Below, in pieces: positions 29,280 through 38,471 of a DNA stretch of 64,000 bases. The position numbers and the translations under genes are program-made. Source of the DNA: Deferribacterales bacterium (lineage in GTDB: Bacteria; Chrysiogenota; Deferribacteres; Deferribacterales; Geovibrionaceae); assembly GCA_050253335.1 (NCBI GenBank), contig JBFWJG010000001.1, forward strand, positions 1 to 64,000, read 5' to 3'. Numbering within the stretch: the stretch's first letter is position 1; each line of letters starts with the position of its first letter. The notes below the pieces were generated by a model. The model saw nothing but the letters and a program-made list of their open reading frames with translations. It had not been told where the DNA came from and did not search any database.

Positions 29280-30029
29280 ATGGCAGGACATAGTAAGTGG
29301 GCGAATATTAAACACAGAAAAGCGGCTCAGGACGCAAAAAAGGGCAAAGTTTTCACCAAGGTTGCCCGCGAGATCACGGTTGCGGCAAAGGAAGGGGGCG
29401 GCGATCCCGACATGAACCCCCGCCTCAGGCTGGCGCTTGATAAGGCAAAAGCCGTGAACCTGCCCAAGGACAATGTTGACAGAGCGATAAAGAAAGGAAC
29501 GGGCGAAGGCAACGAAGCCGCTTACGAGGATGTGACATACGAAGGCTACGGCCCCGGCGGTGTGGCTATTCTTGTCAAAACCCTGACAGATAACAGAAAC
29601 AGGACAGTAGCCGAAGTGCGCAGCACCATGACGAAAAAAGGCGGCAGCATGGGCGAGGCCGGATGCGTTGCTTGGATATTCGAGCAGAAAGGCATACTTG
29701 AAATATCAAAAACCAAGGCGGATGAGGACAAACTTCTGGAAGAAGCCCTTGAGGCCGGAGCTGAGGATGTTGTTGATGACGGTGATGTTTTCTCAGTTCA
29801 GTGCGCATACGCCGACTTTATGGATGTAAAAACCGAGCTTGAAGGCAAAGGATACGCGTTCGAGTTTGCGGAGATCACCATGAAGCCCAAGAACACGGTT
29901 CCCGTCAGTGTTGAAGACCTGCGCAAAATCATGACCATCACCGACGCCCTTGAGGATCTGGATGATGTTCAGGAAGTTTTCTCAAACTTTGAGGCTGACG
30001 ACGAAGTTATGTCCCAGCTTGAGGACTAG
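29280..30029 (+). CDS. yebC: YebC/PmpR family protein
   Basis: MAGHSKWANIKHRK, YEGYGPGG, TDNRNRT, DDVQEVFSN. Confidence 0.96.
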   Translation: MAGHSKWANIKHRKAAQDAKKGKVFTKVAREITVAAKEGGGDPDMNPRLRLALDKAKAVNLPKDNVDRAIKKGTGEGNEAAYEDVTYEGYGPGGVAILVKTLTDNRNRTVAEVRSTMTKKGGSMGEAGCVAWIFEQKGILEISKTKADEDKLLEEALEAGAEDVVDDGDVFSVQCAYADFMDVKTELEGKGYAFEFAEITMKPKNTVPVSVEDLRKIMTITDALEDLDDVQEVFSNFEADDEVMSQLED

Positions 30030-30518
30030 TTGTCCCGTATAGTTATCGGAATAGATCCCGGCCTTAACTGCACAGGCGTGGGCATTGTGCGGGCTTGGCC
30101 GGGGAAGGTGGAGCATGTTTTTCACGGCGTGCTCCGCACAGACAGCAAAAGACCCCTGCCCGAGCGTCTCGGCGTTATATGCGCCGGACTGAGGGAGATA
30201 ATAGCGGAGTACAGGCCGGAAGTGTCCGCCGTTGAGGATGTTTTCCAGTCTGTAAACATAAAAAGCGCCATGCTTCTGGGGCAGACAAGGGGCGCGATAA
30301 TCGCCACCCTGCTCTCCTGTGGGATGCCCGTGAACGAATATACGGCGCTTCAGGTGAAAAAGTCCGTTGTGGGCTACGGCAAGGCGGATAAGGAGCAGGT
30401 GCGCCACATGGTGGAGGTTCTGCTCGGAATTAAGATGGGCAAAACCCCGCTGGACGCGTCAGATGCGCTTGCTGTGGCTGTCTGCATGGGTCTTGACATA
30501 ACCGGGAGGCGGTATTGA
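30030..30518 (+). CDS. ruvC: Holliday junction resolvase
   Basis: GIDPG, GYGKADKEQV, DASDALAVA; TTG start. Confidence 0.95.
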   Translation: MSRIVIGIDPGLNCTGVGIVRAWPGKVEHVFHGVLRTDSKRPLPERLGVICAGLREIIAEYRPEVSAVEDVFQSVNIKSAMLLGQTRGAIIATLLSCGMPVNEYTALQVKKSVVGYGKADKEQVRHMVEVLLGIKMGKTPLDASDALAVAVCMGLDITGRRY

Positions 30519-31087
30519 TCTACAGAGTTAAGGGCGAGCTTCTGGAAAAGCACCCCGATTTCGCGGTAATAGACACGGGAGCGGTCGCTTTCCGGGTGGG
30601 AATCTCCATGCAGAGCTTCGCCTCCCTGCCTGATATAGGGGAAAAGGCTTCTCTTTATACGCTGATGAATGTCCGTGAGGACGATATAAGCCTGTTCGGC
30701 TTTGTCACCCTCGAGGAGAAGAAGCTGTTCACGCTCCTCACCTCCATAAGCAAGGTGGGGCCCAAGATGGCGCTTGCGATCCTTTCAGGACTTGATGTTA
30801 AGTCATTTGAGAAGGCTGTTGTCTCTGGTGATGTGGTGAAGATCAAGGGCATTCCCGGCATAGGGCTGAAAACGGCGGAGAGGATTATATTAGAGCTTAA
30901 AGACAAATTTGATCTCGTGTTCAAGACAGAGGCCAGACCTGATGACAACTCGGAAGATGTGGTGAGCGCCCTGTGCAACCTCGGCTACTCAAGAAAGGAC
31001 GCCGAAAACGCCGTCCGCGCCTCATACTCCGGCGAAAACTCATTTGAGGAAAACCTCAAGAAAGCTCTCAGAGGGCTTTCCGGATAG
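30515..31087 (+). CDS. ruvA: Holliday junction branch migration protein
   Basis: VREDDISLFGF, KVGPKMAL, IPGIGLKTAERIILEL, ALCNLGY. Confidence 0.95.
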   Translation: MIYRVKGELLEKHPDFAVIDTGAVAFRVGISMQSFASLPDIGEKASLYTLMNVREDDISLFGFVTLEEKKLFTLLTSISKVGPKMALAILSGLDVKSFEKAVVSGDVVKIKGIPGIGLKTAERIILELKDKFDLVFKTEARPDDNSEDVVSALCNLGYSRKDAENAVRASYSGENSFEENLKKALRGLSG

Positions 31088-31295
31088 CTTAAACTGTTTG
31101 TATATAAATATTTAGTATTATTTTTATTGACTTGCAGAGGCGAGAGGAATATAAACTCCGCATGCAAACTGTCGGATGTTCACATAAGAACACAGTAGTT
31201 TCAGATCTAAAAGCGGCACTTACTCCGCAAACATCATCAATCTTTCACACTCTTTTTCAGGGAAAAATTCAGCCTTAAAAATTTCAGGAGAATGT

Positions 31296-32603
31296 ATGCG
31301 ATTTGTATCGGGATTGAAGCCTTTTCAGTTTCTTGTACTGGGATTTTTATCCTATGTTGTTATCGGAACAGCCTTTTTATCTCTGCCGGTCTCTCAGGTA
31401 ACTGACGTAAAAGTAATAGACAATCTTTTTAATGTTACATCTGCCGTTTCCACAACAGGATTGAGCACTGTCAGTGTATCTGATTCATATACGCTTTTCG
31501 GACAGATAGTTATTCTGGTCTTATTCCAGCTTGGGGGGATAGGCTATATGACCCTGACTTCGTTTATCATACTCGCCAGAGGCAGGCAGCTTTCAAATGT
31601 GAGAAACGGAATACTGGGAACTGAATTCAGCCTCCCTTCAGAGTTTAAAATACATAGCTTTATTTTTCAGGTTGCAGTTTTTACAATGATAATTGAGTTT
31701 ATCGGAACTCTGATCCTGTTTCTGGAGTTCAGGGCAACAGGCGTGGAGTCTCCGCTGTGGATGGCTTTATTTCATGCGGTGTCCGCATTTACAACATCCG
31801 GCTTCAGCACTTTCAATAACAGCATGGAGAGTTTTAAGGGTAACTGGGTGATATGTGCCACCATCGGCTCACTCTGCTATATGGGTTCTATAGGGTTTAT
31901 TGTTCTGCATGACGCGTTTCTGGCGGTAAAGAGCAGGGCATACAGAATAACCTTCACATCAAAGGTTATTCTGGTGCTTACAGCACTGATCTTCTTCGTT
32001 TGCGTACCTCTTTTTTATCTGTCCGAGCCATCGCTGAGAAACGCCGGATTCGCGGAAGGAATTCTCATTTCGTCTTTCCAGGTTATGACCGCCTCAACAA
32101 CAGCCGGGTTTAACACCGTGCCCATCGGCGATCTTACCCCTGCCTCTCTTACTCTTCTAATTATAGCTATGGTAATCGGAGCATCGCCAAGCGGCACTGG
32201 CGGCGGGATAAAAACAACATCCGTGTCCTCCTGCATAGGCATAGTGATGAGTATTTTAAGGGGCAGAAGCACGGTAACCTTTTTCGGACACTCAATTCCC
32301 GACATAAGACTTATGACAGCGGTTGCTTCAGTATCTATTTATATGGGGGTGCTTGCTGCCGGAGTTTTCACGCTGAGCATGGCGGAGGAGCAGGAATATA
32401 TTAAACTTGTGTTTGAGGCAGCCTCAGCATTGGGTACAGTAGGACTAAGCATGGGAATAACCGGTGAACTGGGAAATACGGGGAAAATCATTGTAACGCT
32501 TCTTATGTTTTTGGGAAGGGTCGGACCGCTTACAGTAGGGCTTTCTCTTTTCCATTCGGGCAAAGAGTTGGGGAAAAACAAGAAGAGTGATTTGGCAGTT
32601 TAA
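31296..32603 (+). CDS. KtrB/TrkH family cation transporter
   Basis: TSAVSTTGL, SAFTTSGF, TTAGF, GTGGGIKTT, SALGTVGLS, GRVGP. Confidence 0.9.
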   Translation: MRFVSGLKPFQFLVLGFLSYVVIGTAFLSLPVSQVTDVKVIDNLFNVTSAVSTTGLSTVSVSDSYTLFGQIVILVLFQLGGIGYMTLTSFIILARGRQLSNVRNGILGTEFSLPSEFKIHSFIFQVAVFTMIIEFIGTLILFLEFRATGVESPLWMALFHAVSAFTTSGFSTFNNSMESFKGNWVICATIGSLCYMGSIGFIVLHDAFLAVKSRAYRITFTSKVILVLTALIFFVCVPLFYLSEPSLRNAGFAEGILISSFQVMTASTTAGFNTVPIGDLTPASLTLLIIAMVIGASPSGTGGGIKTTSVSSCIGIVMSILRGRSTVTFFGHSIPDIRLMTAVASVSIYMGVLAAGVFTLSMAEEQEYIKLVFEAASALGTVGLSMGITGELGNTGKIIVTLLMFLGRVGPLTVGLSLFHSGKELGKNKKSDLAV

Positions 32604-32650
32604 TTTTAACGTCTCTTCCGTTGCTGAACACAGCGGAAGAGACTATCGTC

Positions 32651-32902
32651 TTATTCCACTCTTTTTCCGGTTTCCGAATCTATGAGATGCAGGTCGCCGT
32701 TTGTTATGCCGATGCCCACTTCAAGGCAGCTGTAAACGAATTCTTCAAAGCTCATGCCGTTTACTTCGCAAGCCTGATTGATTTCGTCCATAAATTCTTT
32801 CTCCATGGCAAAAGCCATGCTCACCATATTCTCTTCATCAATTTCGTGGTCATGGTCGTGGCTGCCGCAGCCGCCGCTTCCGCATCCGCATTTGTCGCTC
32901 AT
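32651..32902 (-). CDS. Hypothetical 83-aa protein with Cys/His-rich N-terminus
   Basis: AAGGAG SD; CGCGSGGCGSHDHDH. Confidence 0.75.
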   Translation of the reverse strand: MSDKCGCGSGGCGSHDHDHEIDEENMVSMAFAMEKEFMDEINQACEVNGMSFEEFVYSCLEVGIGITNGDLHLIDSETGKRVE

Positions 32903-32911
32903 GTTTTCTCC

Positions 32912-35068
32912 TTATATGAATCCGGTGAAATTATCTATCGTTCCGGTTAATGAGTCAATATCGAACTCTTTTGCATCTTTTGCAAGTTTTTCCGCCCAGT
33001 TTTTCAATTCTTTTATATTTTCCCTTTCGGCAATGGAAAGGGCAAGCGCGGCGAAGCTCTCCATATCGCTTATTACGAACCTGCGTGAGATCTTCTGCCA
33101 TTTGTCATGCAGTTCGCGGCGGATAATCTCCCGCTGTTCGTCCGTTATGTCGGCTGGGGTTGCTGCTTCTGCCTGCTCATTCCGGCTGACTGACCTGTGC
33201 CTGAGGAAGGCTTTCAGCGCGCCCGTAAGTTCAGACGGAATTATGGGTTTTTTCACATATGCCGAGCAGCCGCAGGCGAATGCCTCTTCCATCCTGTCAC
33301 TCAGCACATCCGCCGAAACCGCTATGAGCGGTATATGCGCTGTTGCCTGGTCGCTTTTAAAAAGCTTCGCCGCGGAATAGCCGTCCGTTCCGGGCATTTT
33401 CATATCAAGCAGAACGATATCCGGCAGGTGCGCCGCCGCCTTTTCATAGGCTTCCTGCCCGTTTTCCGCCTCTATGAATGTAAAAGGGTGTTCCCTGAGA
33501 AGCAGCCGGATCAGGAAACGGTTCTGCGGACTGTCATCCGCTATGAGGATAGCGGCAGGCTCAAATATGACCTGCTCATTCTCTTTTGTTGCCTGTGCCA
33601 AGGAGCCGCATACCCCGACATCCCTGAATGTCACTGTGAAAAGGGAGCCTTCGCCCTTGACGCTTGAAAGGCTTATTGTGCCGTTCATGGCTTCCGTGAG
33701 TTTTTTTGTTATGGCGAGCCCCAATCCTGTTCCCCCGTATTTTGCGTGATCCTGCCCCTGCTGCTGGGTAAAGTTGTCAAAAATTCTCTCAAGCTGGCTT
33801 TCGTCAATCCCTATGCCCGTATCCTGAACCGTTATGATTATGGAGCATAGCCCGCTTTCAGTTTTTTCTTCTGTGCAGGAGAGCTTTATGAAACCTTTGT
33901 GAGTGAACTTGACCGAATTCCCCACAAGGTTGAAAAGAATCTGCCTGAGTCTTGTTCCGTCGAAAAGCACGGTGCTTCCGCATTTTTCGGTATCCTTAAT
34001 GAGCCTGATCCCTTTCTGCCTGACGGTTTCGGAGAAAATTTCCGCAGTTTCGTCAAACACGCTGCATATATTAAGCGGCGCAGGGTTTATATCTATTCTG
34101 CCGGATTCTATTTTAGAGAGATCCAGCAGGTCGTTGATAAGCTTCATGAGGGTTTCGCCGCTGTTTTTGATTGAGTTCAGAAGGTTAGCGTGTTCAGGTT
34201 CCTTTATGTCCCTGCTCAGCATCTCGGCAAAACCAAGGATGATGTTCATCGGGGTGCGTATCTCATGGCTGATGTTGGCGAGAAACTCGCTTTTTGCTCT
34301 GTTGGCTGCATCCGCCGCTTCCTTGGCGGCTTTCAGCTCCTCTGTCCTGCTGACTTTCAGCAGGTTGTCGTGATAGCGGGCAAAGAGGATGTTCAGTGAT
34401 TCCGTGAGAACCCCGAGCTCATCCTTTGCGTGCCTCTCGGATATATTGATGCTGTATATTGACTGGTTTGAGGGGTCGGCTCCGGCGAGCTTTTCAGCGA
34501 TTTTCTGGATCTGCCGGACAAGGGTGATGTGAAACGAGACGGCGTAGAGAAGGGAGAGAACGGCGGTTACAAGAAATGTGCTTATGATTACCGTTCCCGC
34601 GTGAGCCGCGAAATCACCGGCTATGTTGGCTGTGTCCGGGTATATCTCGGCATAGCCTGCGTAGTGCCAGTTTTTGCCGTAAATCAGAGGAAACCGGAAC
34701 GACTCCTTTCCGGTATAAAGGCTCTTTATTATTTCCACAGAAAAGCTTGTTTCTCTGTCGGGCGCTCTGCTTTCCGCCAGAGTCTCTTCCCTGTCGTTAA
34801 TAAGACGGACTTTTTTCACTATCCCGACTTCGGTGAGTCCGTCCGTTATGCTCTGGGCAAGGCTTTTGTTCCCTGTCACAAGGGCGTGTCCCGCCGTCTG
34901 GGACATCATGGAGGTTATTTTCTGAAGACGGTTTTCCACCCCTTCCTGCTCTCTTCTGAAATCGAACCAGAGCAGGACTATGCTGAGCAGAAGCCCGAGG
35001 GTGAAGGCAATGAAAAAGGTCATCTTCGCCTGCTTGTAGGGCAGGCTCTGGGTGAATTTAACTTTCAT
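32912..35068 (-). CDS. Membrane hybrid sensor histidine kinase (HAMP-HisKA-HATPase-REC, Hpt-like tail)
   Basis: Two TM, DELG, KSEFLANISHEIRTP, NLVGNSVKFT, GTGLGL, ADD/LLDMKMP/KP. Confidence 0.92.
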   Translation of the reverse strand: MKVKFTQSLPYKQAKMTFFIAFTLGLLLSIVLLWFDFRREQEGVENRLQKITSMMSQTAGHALVTGNKSLAQSITDGLTEVGIVKKVRLINDREETLAESRAPDRETSFSVEIIKSLYTGKESFRFPLIYGKNWHYAGYAEIYPDTANIAGDFAAHAGTVIISTFLVTAVLSLLYAVSFHITLVRQIQKIAEKLAGADPSNQSIYSINISERHAKDELGVLTESLNILFARYHDNLLKVSRTEELKAAKEAADAANRAKSEFLANISHEIRTPMNIILGFAEMLSRDIKEPEHANLLNSIKNSGETLMKLINDLLDLSKIESGRIDINPAPLNICSVFDETAEIFSETVRQKGIRLIKDTEKCGSTVLFDGTRLRQILFNLVGNSVKFTHKGFIKLSCTEEKTESGLCSIIITVQDTGIGIDESQLERIFDNFTQQQGQDHAKYGGTGLGLAITKKLTEAMNGTISLSSVKGEGSLFTVTFRDVGVCGSLAQATKENEQVIFEPAAILIADDSPQNRFLIRLLLREHPFTFIEAENGQEAYEKAAAHLPDIVLLDMKMPGTDGYSAAKLFKSDQATAHIPLIAVSADVLSDRMEEAFACGCSAYVKKPIIPSELTGALKAFLRHRSVSRNEQAEAATPADITDEQREIIRRELHDKWQKISRRFVISDMESFAALALSIAERENIKELKNWAEKLAKDAKEFDIDSLTGTIDNFTGFI

Positions 35069-35129
35069 AGCCCATGATCAGACAGAACAGGGAAATTATC
35101 AATATAAAAGTGTATTTAAACAGTGCTTT

Positions 35130-36116
35130 TCAAAGTATAACCACTGTACGGCCTGAGGCTTCTCCGGCGATCATGGCTTTAATTTTTTCATCCAGTCCGC
35201 CGAGGCCTGTTTCCGTTGTGATTTCAGCGAGGCGGGCAGGCTTCCATTCCCCCGCCAGCCTGTTCCAAGCTCTGATCCGCTTATCCTTGGGGCACTCCAC
35301 GGAGTCAATGCCGATGAGACTTACCCCGCGGAGAATGAAGGGAAAAACGTTGATATTAAGCTCCGGTGAAAACGCCAGACCGCAGCAGGAGACAGCACCG
35401 CCGTACTTAACTGATTTCAGCAGAGCAGACAGGGCGTTTCCGCCGAGAACATCTATCCCGCCGTCCCATACGGGCTTCATGAGCGGCTTTTCCGAACCCG
35501 CAGTGAAGTCGGTGCGGGAGATGATGCTTTCTGCTCCGAGGCTTCTGAGAAAAGGCTCAAGGTCAGGCTTGCCTGTGACTGCGCACGGGGAAAAGCCTTC
35601 GGCAGCCAGAATGGAGAGTGCAATGCTTCCCACACCGCCTGTCGCCCCTGTAACAGCTATGCGGCCGCCCCTGAGCCCCATATGCAGCAGACCGTCAACG
35701 CAGAGAGCGGCGGTGAGCCCCGCTGTTCCGAGGGACATGCTTTCCTTCATTGTAAGCCCGTCCGGCAGGGGCAGAACCCACGCGGACGGGACACGTATAT
35801 ACTCTCCGAAGCCGCCTGAGGTGTTCATGCCGAGGTCGTAACCTGTGACAATTACCCTGTCGCCTTCTCTGAAGCTGCCGTCCGTGCACTCAGCCACCTC
35901 TCCGGCGGCGTCAATGCCCGGAGTGTGCGGATATTTTTTCGTTACTCCCTTATTGCCGGAGGCAGACAGGGCGTCCTTATAGTTCAGGGACGAACAGCGG
36001 ACACGGATAAGCACTTCTCCCGACGGAAGATCATCGGTGCTGCGTTCTGTTATCCCGCAGGAATATGTTCCGTCCGTGTTTTCAGATGTAACGTAAGCCC
36101 TGAACAAGGTTCCCAT
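35130..36116 (-). CDS. YhdH/YhfP (AcuI-like) MDR oxidoreductase
   Basis: SSLNYKDAL, PGIDAAG, GTAGLTA, TGATGGVGS, PFILRGVSLIGIDSV. Confidence 0.9.
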   Translation of the reverse strand: MGTLFRAYVTSENTDGTYSCGITERSTDDLPSGEVLIRVRCSSLNYKDALSASGNKGVTKKYPHTPGIDAAGEVAECTDGSFREGDRVIVTGYDLGMNTSGGFGEYIRVPSAWVLPLPDGLTMKESMSLGTAGLTAALCVDGLLHMGLRGGRIAVTGATGGVGSIALSILAAEGFSPCAVTGKPDLEPFLRSLGAESIISRTDFTAGSEKPLMKPVWDGGIDVLGGNALSALLKSVKYGGAVSCCGLAFSPELNINVFPFILRGVSLIGIDSVECPKDKRIRAWNRLAGEWKPARLAEITTETGLGGLDEKIKAMIAGEASGRTVVIL

Positions 36117-36127
36117 ATTTTCCTCCG

Positions 36128-37294
36128 TCAGTATGCCATCTTGAGAATGGCAAGGATATCTTTTGATTTAAGCTTTCTGAACTCGCCTATTTCCCCGAAG
36201 CGCACGGCTCCTTCGGCCATTTTCTGGAGCGAATCCTCCTCCACTCCGGTTTCCGAAAGCCTCGCCGGAAGACCGATTGAAGTGTAGAAAGCTCTCAGGC
36301 GGTCTATCCCTTCAAGGGCGGCCGCTTTTTTATCAGCATTTTCCGGAACACCGAAAACATTCACGGCAAGATTGTAAAACTTGTCTGCATTGCTGTCGTC
36401 CATCACATATTTCATCCAGTTCGGGAAAAGGATCGCAAGCCCCGCTCCGTGGGATATGTCGAATATGGCACTCACCTCATGCTCTATCACATGATTTGCC
36501 CAGTCCCCCTCCCTGCCGAGTGAAAGGAGCGTGTTCAGGGCAAGGTTGCCCGCCCAGAGGATCTCCGCCCTCGCTGTGTAGTCTCGGGGGTTTTCCAAAA
36601 CGATCGGCGCGTATTTCAGGCATGTTTTCAGCAGGGCTTCACACAGCCTGTCCTGAGTGAAGGTGTCCGGCGTGGGCGAGAAATACTGCTCGAATATGTG
36701 GCTCATAATGTCTGCCACCCCTGCCGCGGTGTGGAAGGGGGGAACGGTGTAGGTGTATTCCGGGTCGAGTATGGAAAACTTAGGCCAGAGTATCGGGGAA
36801 TAAACCGCCAGCTTCTGGTTTGTTTCGATGTTGGATATTACTGCGTTTCCGTTTGATTCGGAGCCTGTGGCGGCAAGGGTGAGAACCGTGCCTATGGGCA
36901 GTGCCTTGTTTATGGCCGCTTTGCGCAGGCAGAAGTCCCACGGATCGCCGTCATAGCTGACTGAGCCCGCTATGAGCTTGGCGCAGTCTATCACGCTGCC
37001 GCCGCCCACGGCGAGGATGAAGTCTATGTTCTCCTCCCTGCAGATGCGCACCCCTTCGCGCACGCTGGTTATGCGGGGGTTAGGCTCGATTCCGCCCAGC
37101 TCTGTGTAAAAGAGACCTCTGTCCGTGAGTTTGTCGGTTATAGTCTGAAAAAGTCCGTCCTGTTTTATCCTTTTGCTTCCGTAGCAGATGAGCACCCTTG
37201 TCGCGCCGTATTTTTCCATCTGTCTGCCGAGAACCTTTATCTGGTTTCTGCCGAAGAAAATTTTTGTGGGGATGTTCAGTGTGAAATTGTCCAT
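36128..37294 (-). CDS. Iron-containing alcohol dehydrogenase (butanol dehydrogenase/YqhD-like)
   Basis: GIEPNP, AVGGGSVIDCAK, TLAATGSE, DIMSH, HVIEH, HGAGLA. Confidence 0.92.
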   Translation of the reverse strand: MDNFTLNIPTKIFFGRNQIKVLGRQMEKYGATRVLICYGSKRIKQDGLFQTITDKLTDRGLFYTELGGIEPNPRITSVREGVRICREENIDFILAVGGGSVIDCAKLIAGSVSYDGDPWDFCLRKAAINKALPIGTVLTLAATGSESNGNAVISNIETNQKLAVYSPILWPKFSILDPEYTYTVPPFHTAAGVADIMSHIFEQYFSPTPDTFTQDRLCEALLKTCLKYAPIVLENPRDYTARAEILWAGNLALNTLLSLGREGDWANHVIEHEVSAIFDISHGAGLAILFPNWMKYVMDDSNADKFYNLAVNVFGVPENADKKAAALEGIDRLRAFYTSIGLPARLSETGVEEDSLQKMAEGAVRFGEIGEFRKLKSKDILAILKMAY

Positions 37295-37317
37295 TCTTTG
37301 TCCTCCGTATTAATATA

Positions 37318-37345
37318 AGGATAGCATGTATACGGATTGGTTCAA
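37318..37345 (-). promoter_or_regulatory. Putative sigma70 promoter of Fe-ADH operon
   Basis: Minus strand TTGAAC-16-TATCCT with TG extension; GGAGG SD downstream. Confidence 0.5.
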
Positions 37346-37414
37346 GCCCCGTGTTCCCTATATTGCCTTTACTGTGAGCCTTTATTCTGGTATTAATCCG
37401 TTTAAGAGGGCGCT

Positions 37415-38272
37415 ATGAAGAAAAACATAGGGAAAATAACAATAAAGATAATAATGGTTCTGCTGATCCTCGGTCTGGTCGGCAGGGCGGTTTATGTTCT
37501 CAGCGGAGCGGAAGGCGGTCATCTTCCGGAAAACACCGTGGCGGAGCTTTCAATAACCGGAATAATTTACGAGGCTGATTCTGTTATAGAAACCCTTGAG
37601 GAGCTTTCCAAGAACGAGAAGGTCAAGGGGATAATACTCAGGGTGAACAGCCCGGGCGGAGTGATTACGCCGACCAAGGAAATTTTCGACTATATCCAGA
37701 CAATCAACAAGCCTGTCTATGCCTCCATGGAGAGCGTGGCGGCCTCCGGCGGATATTACGTTTCCGCGGCGTGCGACCGCATATTTGCCATGCCGACCAC
37801 GATTACGGGGAGCATAGGCGTCATCATGCAGCTTTCAAACTATGAAAAACTCATGAACACCATAGGCATAAAAAACTTTGCCCTGAAAAGCGGCGAGTTT
37901 AAGGATATAGGTTCGCCTGACAGGGAAATGACGGATGCGGAGAGGGATATCCTCATGAGCACTGTTATGGATATGTACGAACAGTTTATAGAGGACATCC
38001 AGAAGCGCAGAAACATGGATGAGGCTGTTCTCCGCGCACAGGCGGACGGCAGGGTCTTCACGGGGAAGCGCGCCTTTGAGATGGGTTTTGTGGACAACCT
38101 CGGCAGCAGAAGAGACGCCTTCGAGGAGATGAAGAACGAACTCAGGCTTGAGAATGTCGAGCTGAAAAATTTTGATAAAAAGCTTACCGTCTGGGACAAG
38201 TTCTTCGGCAGGGTCGAGGGGCTCAACCTCGGGGGCGGGGCTCATTTCATGTATCTGTACAAAGGGTACTGA
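37415..38272 (+). CDS. sppA: Signal peptide peptidase SppA (S49, 36K type)
   Basis: RVNSPGG, AASGGYY, TGSIGV, KSGEFKD, DGRVFTG. Confidence 0.92.
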   Translation: MKKNIGKITIKIIMVLLILGLVGRAVYVLSGAEGGHLPENTVAELSITGIIYEADSVIETLEELSKNEKVKGIILRVNSPGGVITPTKEIFDYIQTINKPVYASMESVAASGGYYVSAACDRIFAMPTTITGSIGVIMQLSNYEKLMNTIGIKNFALKSGEFKDIGSPDREMTDAERDILMSTVMDMYEQFIEDIQKRRNMDEAVLRAQADGRVFTGKRAFEMGFVDNLGSRRDAFEEMKNELRLENVELKNFDKKLTVWDKFFGRVEGLNLGGGAHFMYLYKGY

Positions 38273-38274
38273 GA

Positions 38275-38466
38275 ATGCGTGTTTCACTTCTGTTCGTGCT
38301 TGTGCTCGCTTTTCTGCTCTCTTCGTGCTCCAAAAGGGGCGTTTATGAAAGCATGATGCAGAACGAGCGCAGGCAGTGCGACGAACTCAGAGGCGCAGAC
38401 AGGGAAGACTGTCTTATCAGAACGGAAAAATCATACAGCGACTATATGCGTGATATGGGGAAATAG
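38275..38466 (+). CDS. Small lipoprotein, 63 aa
   Basis: Hydrophobic leader with lipobox LSSC; two further Cys; follows sppA. Confidence 0.7.
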   Translation: MRVSLLFVLVLAFLLSSCSKRGVYESMMQNERRQCDELRGADREDCLIRTEKSYSDYMRDMGK

Positions 38467-38471
38467 AGGGC

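Noticed and set aside
31088..31295. Riboswitch (e.g. c-di-AMP) upstream of the KtrB-like gene
   Set aside because: No recognisable consensus or paired structure by eye; an Infernal/Rfam scan would be needed
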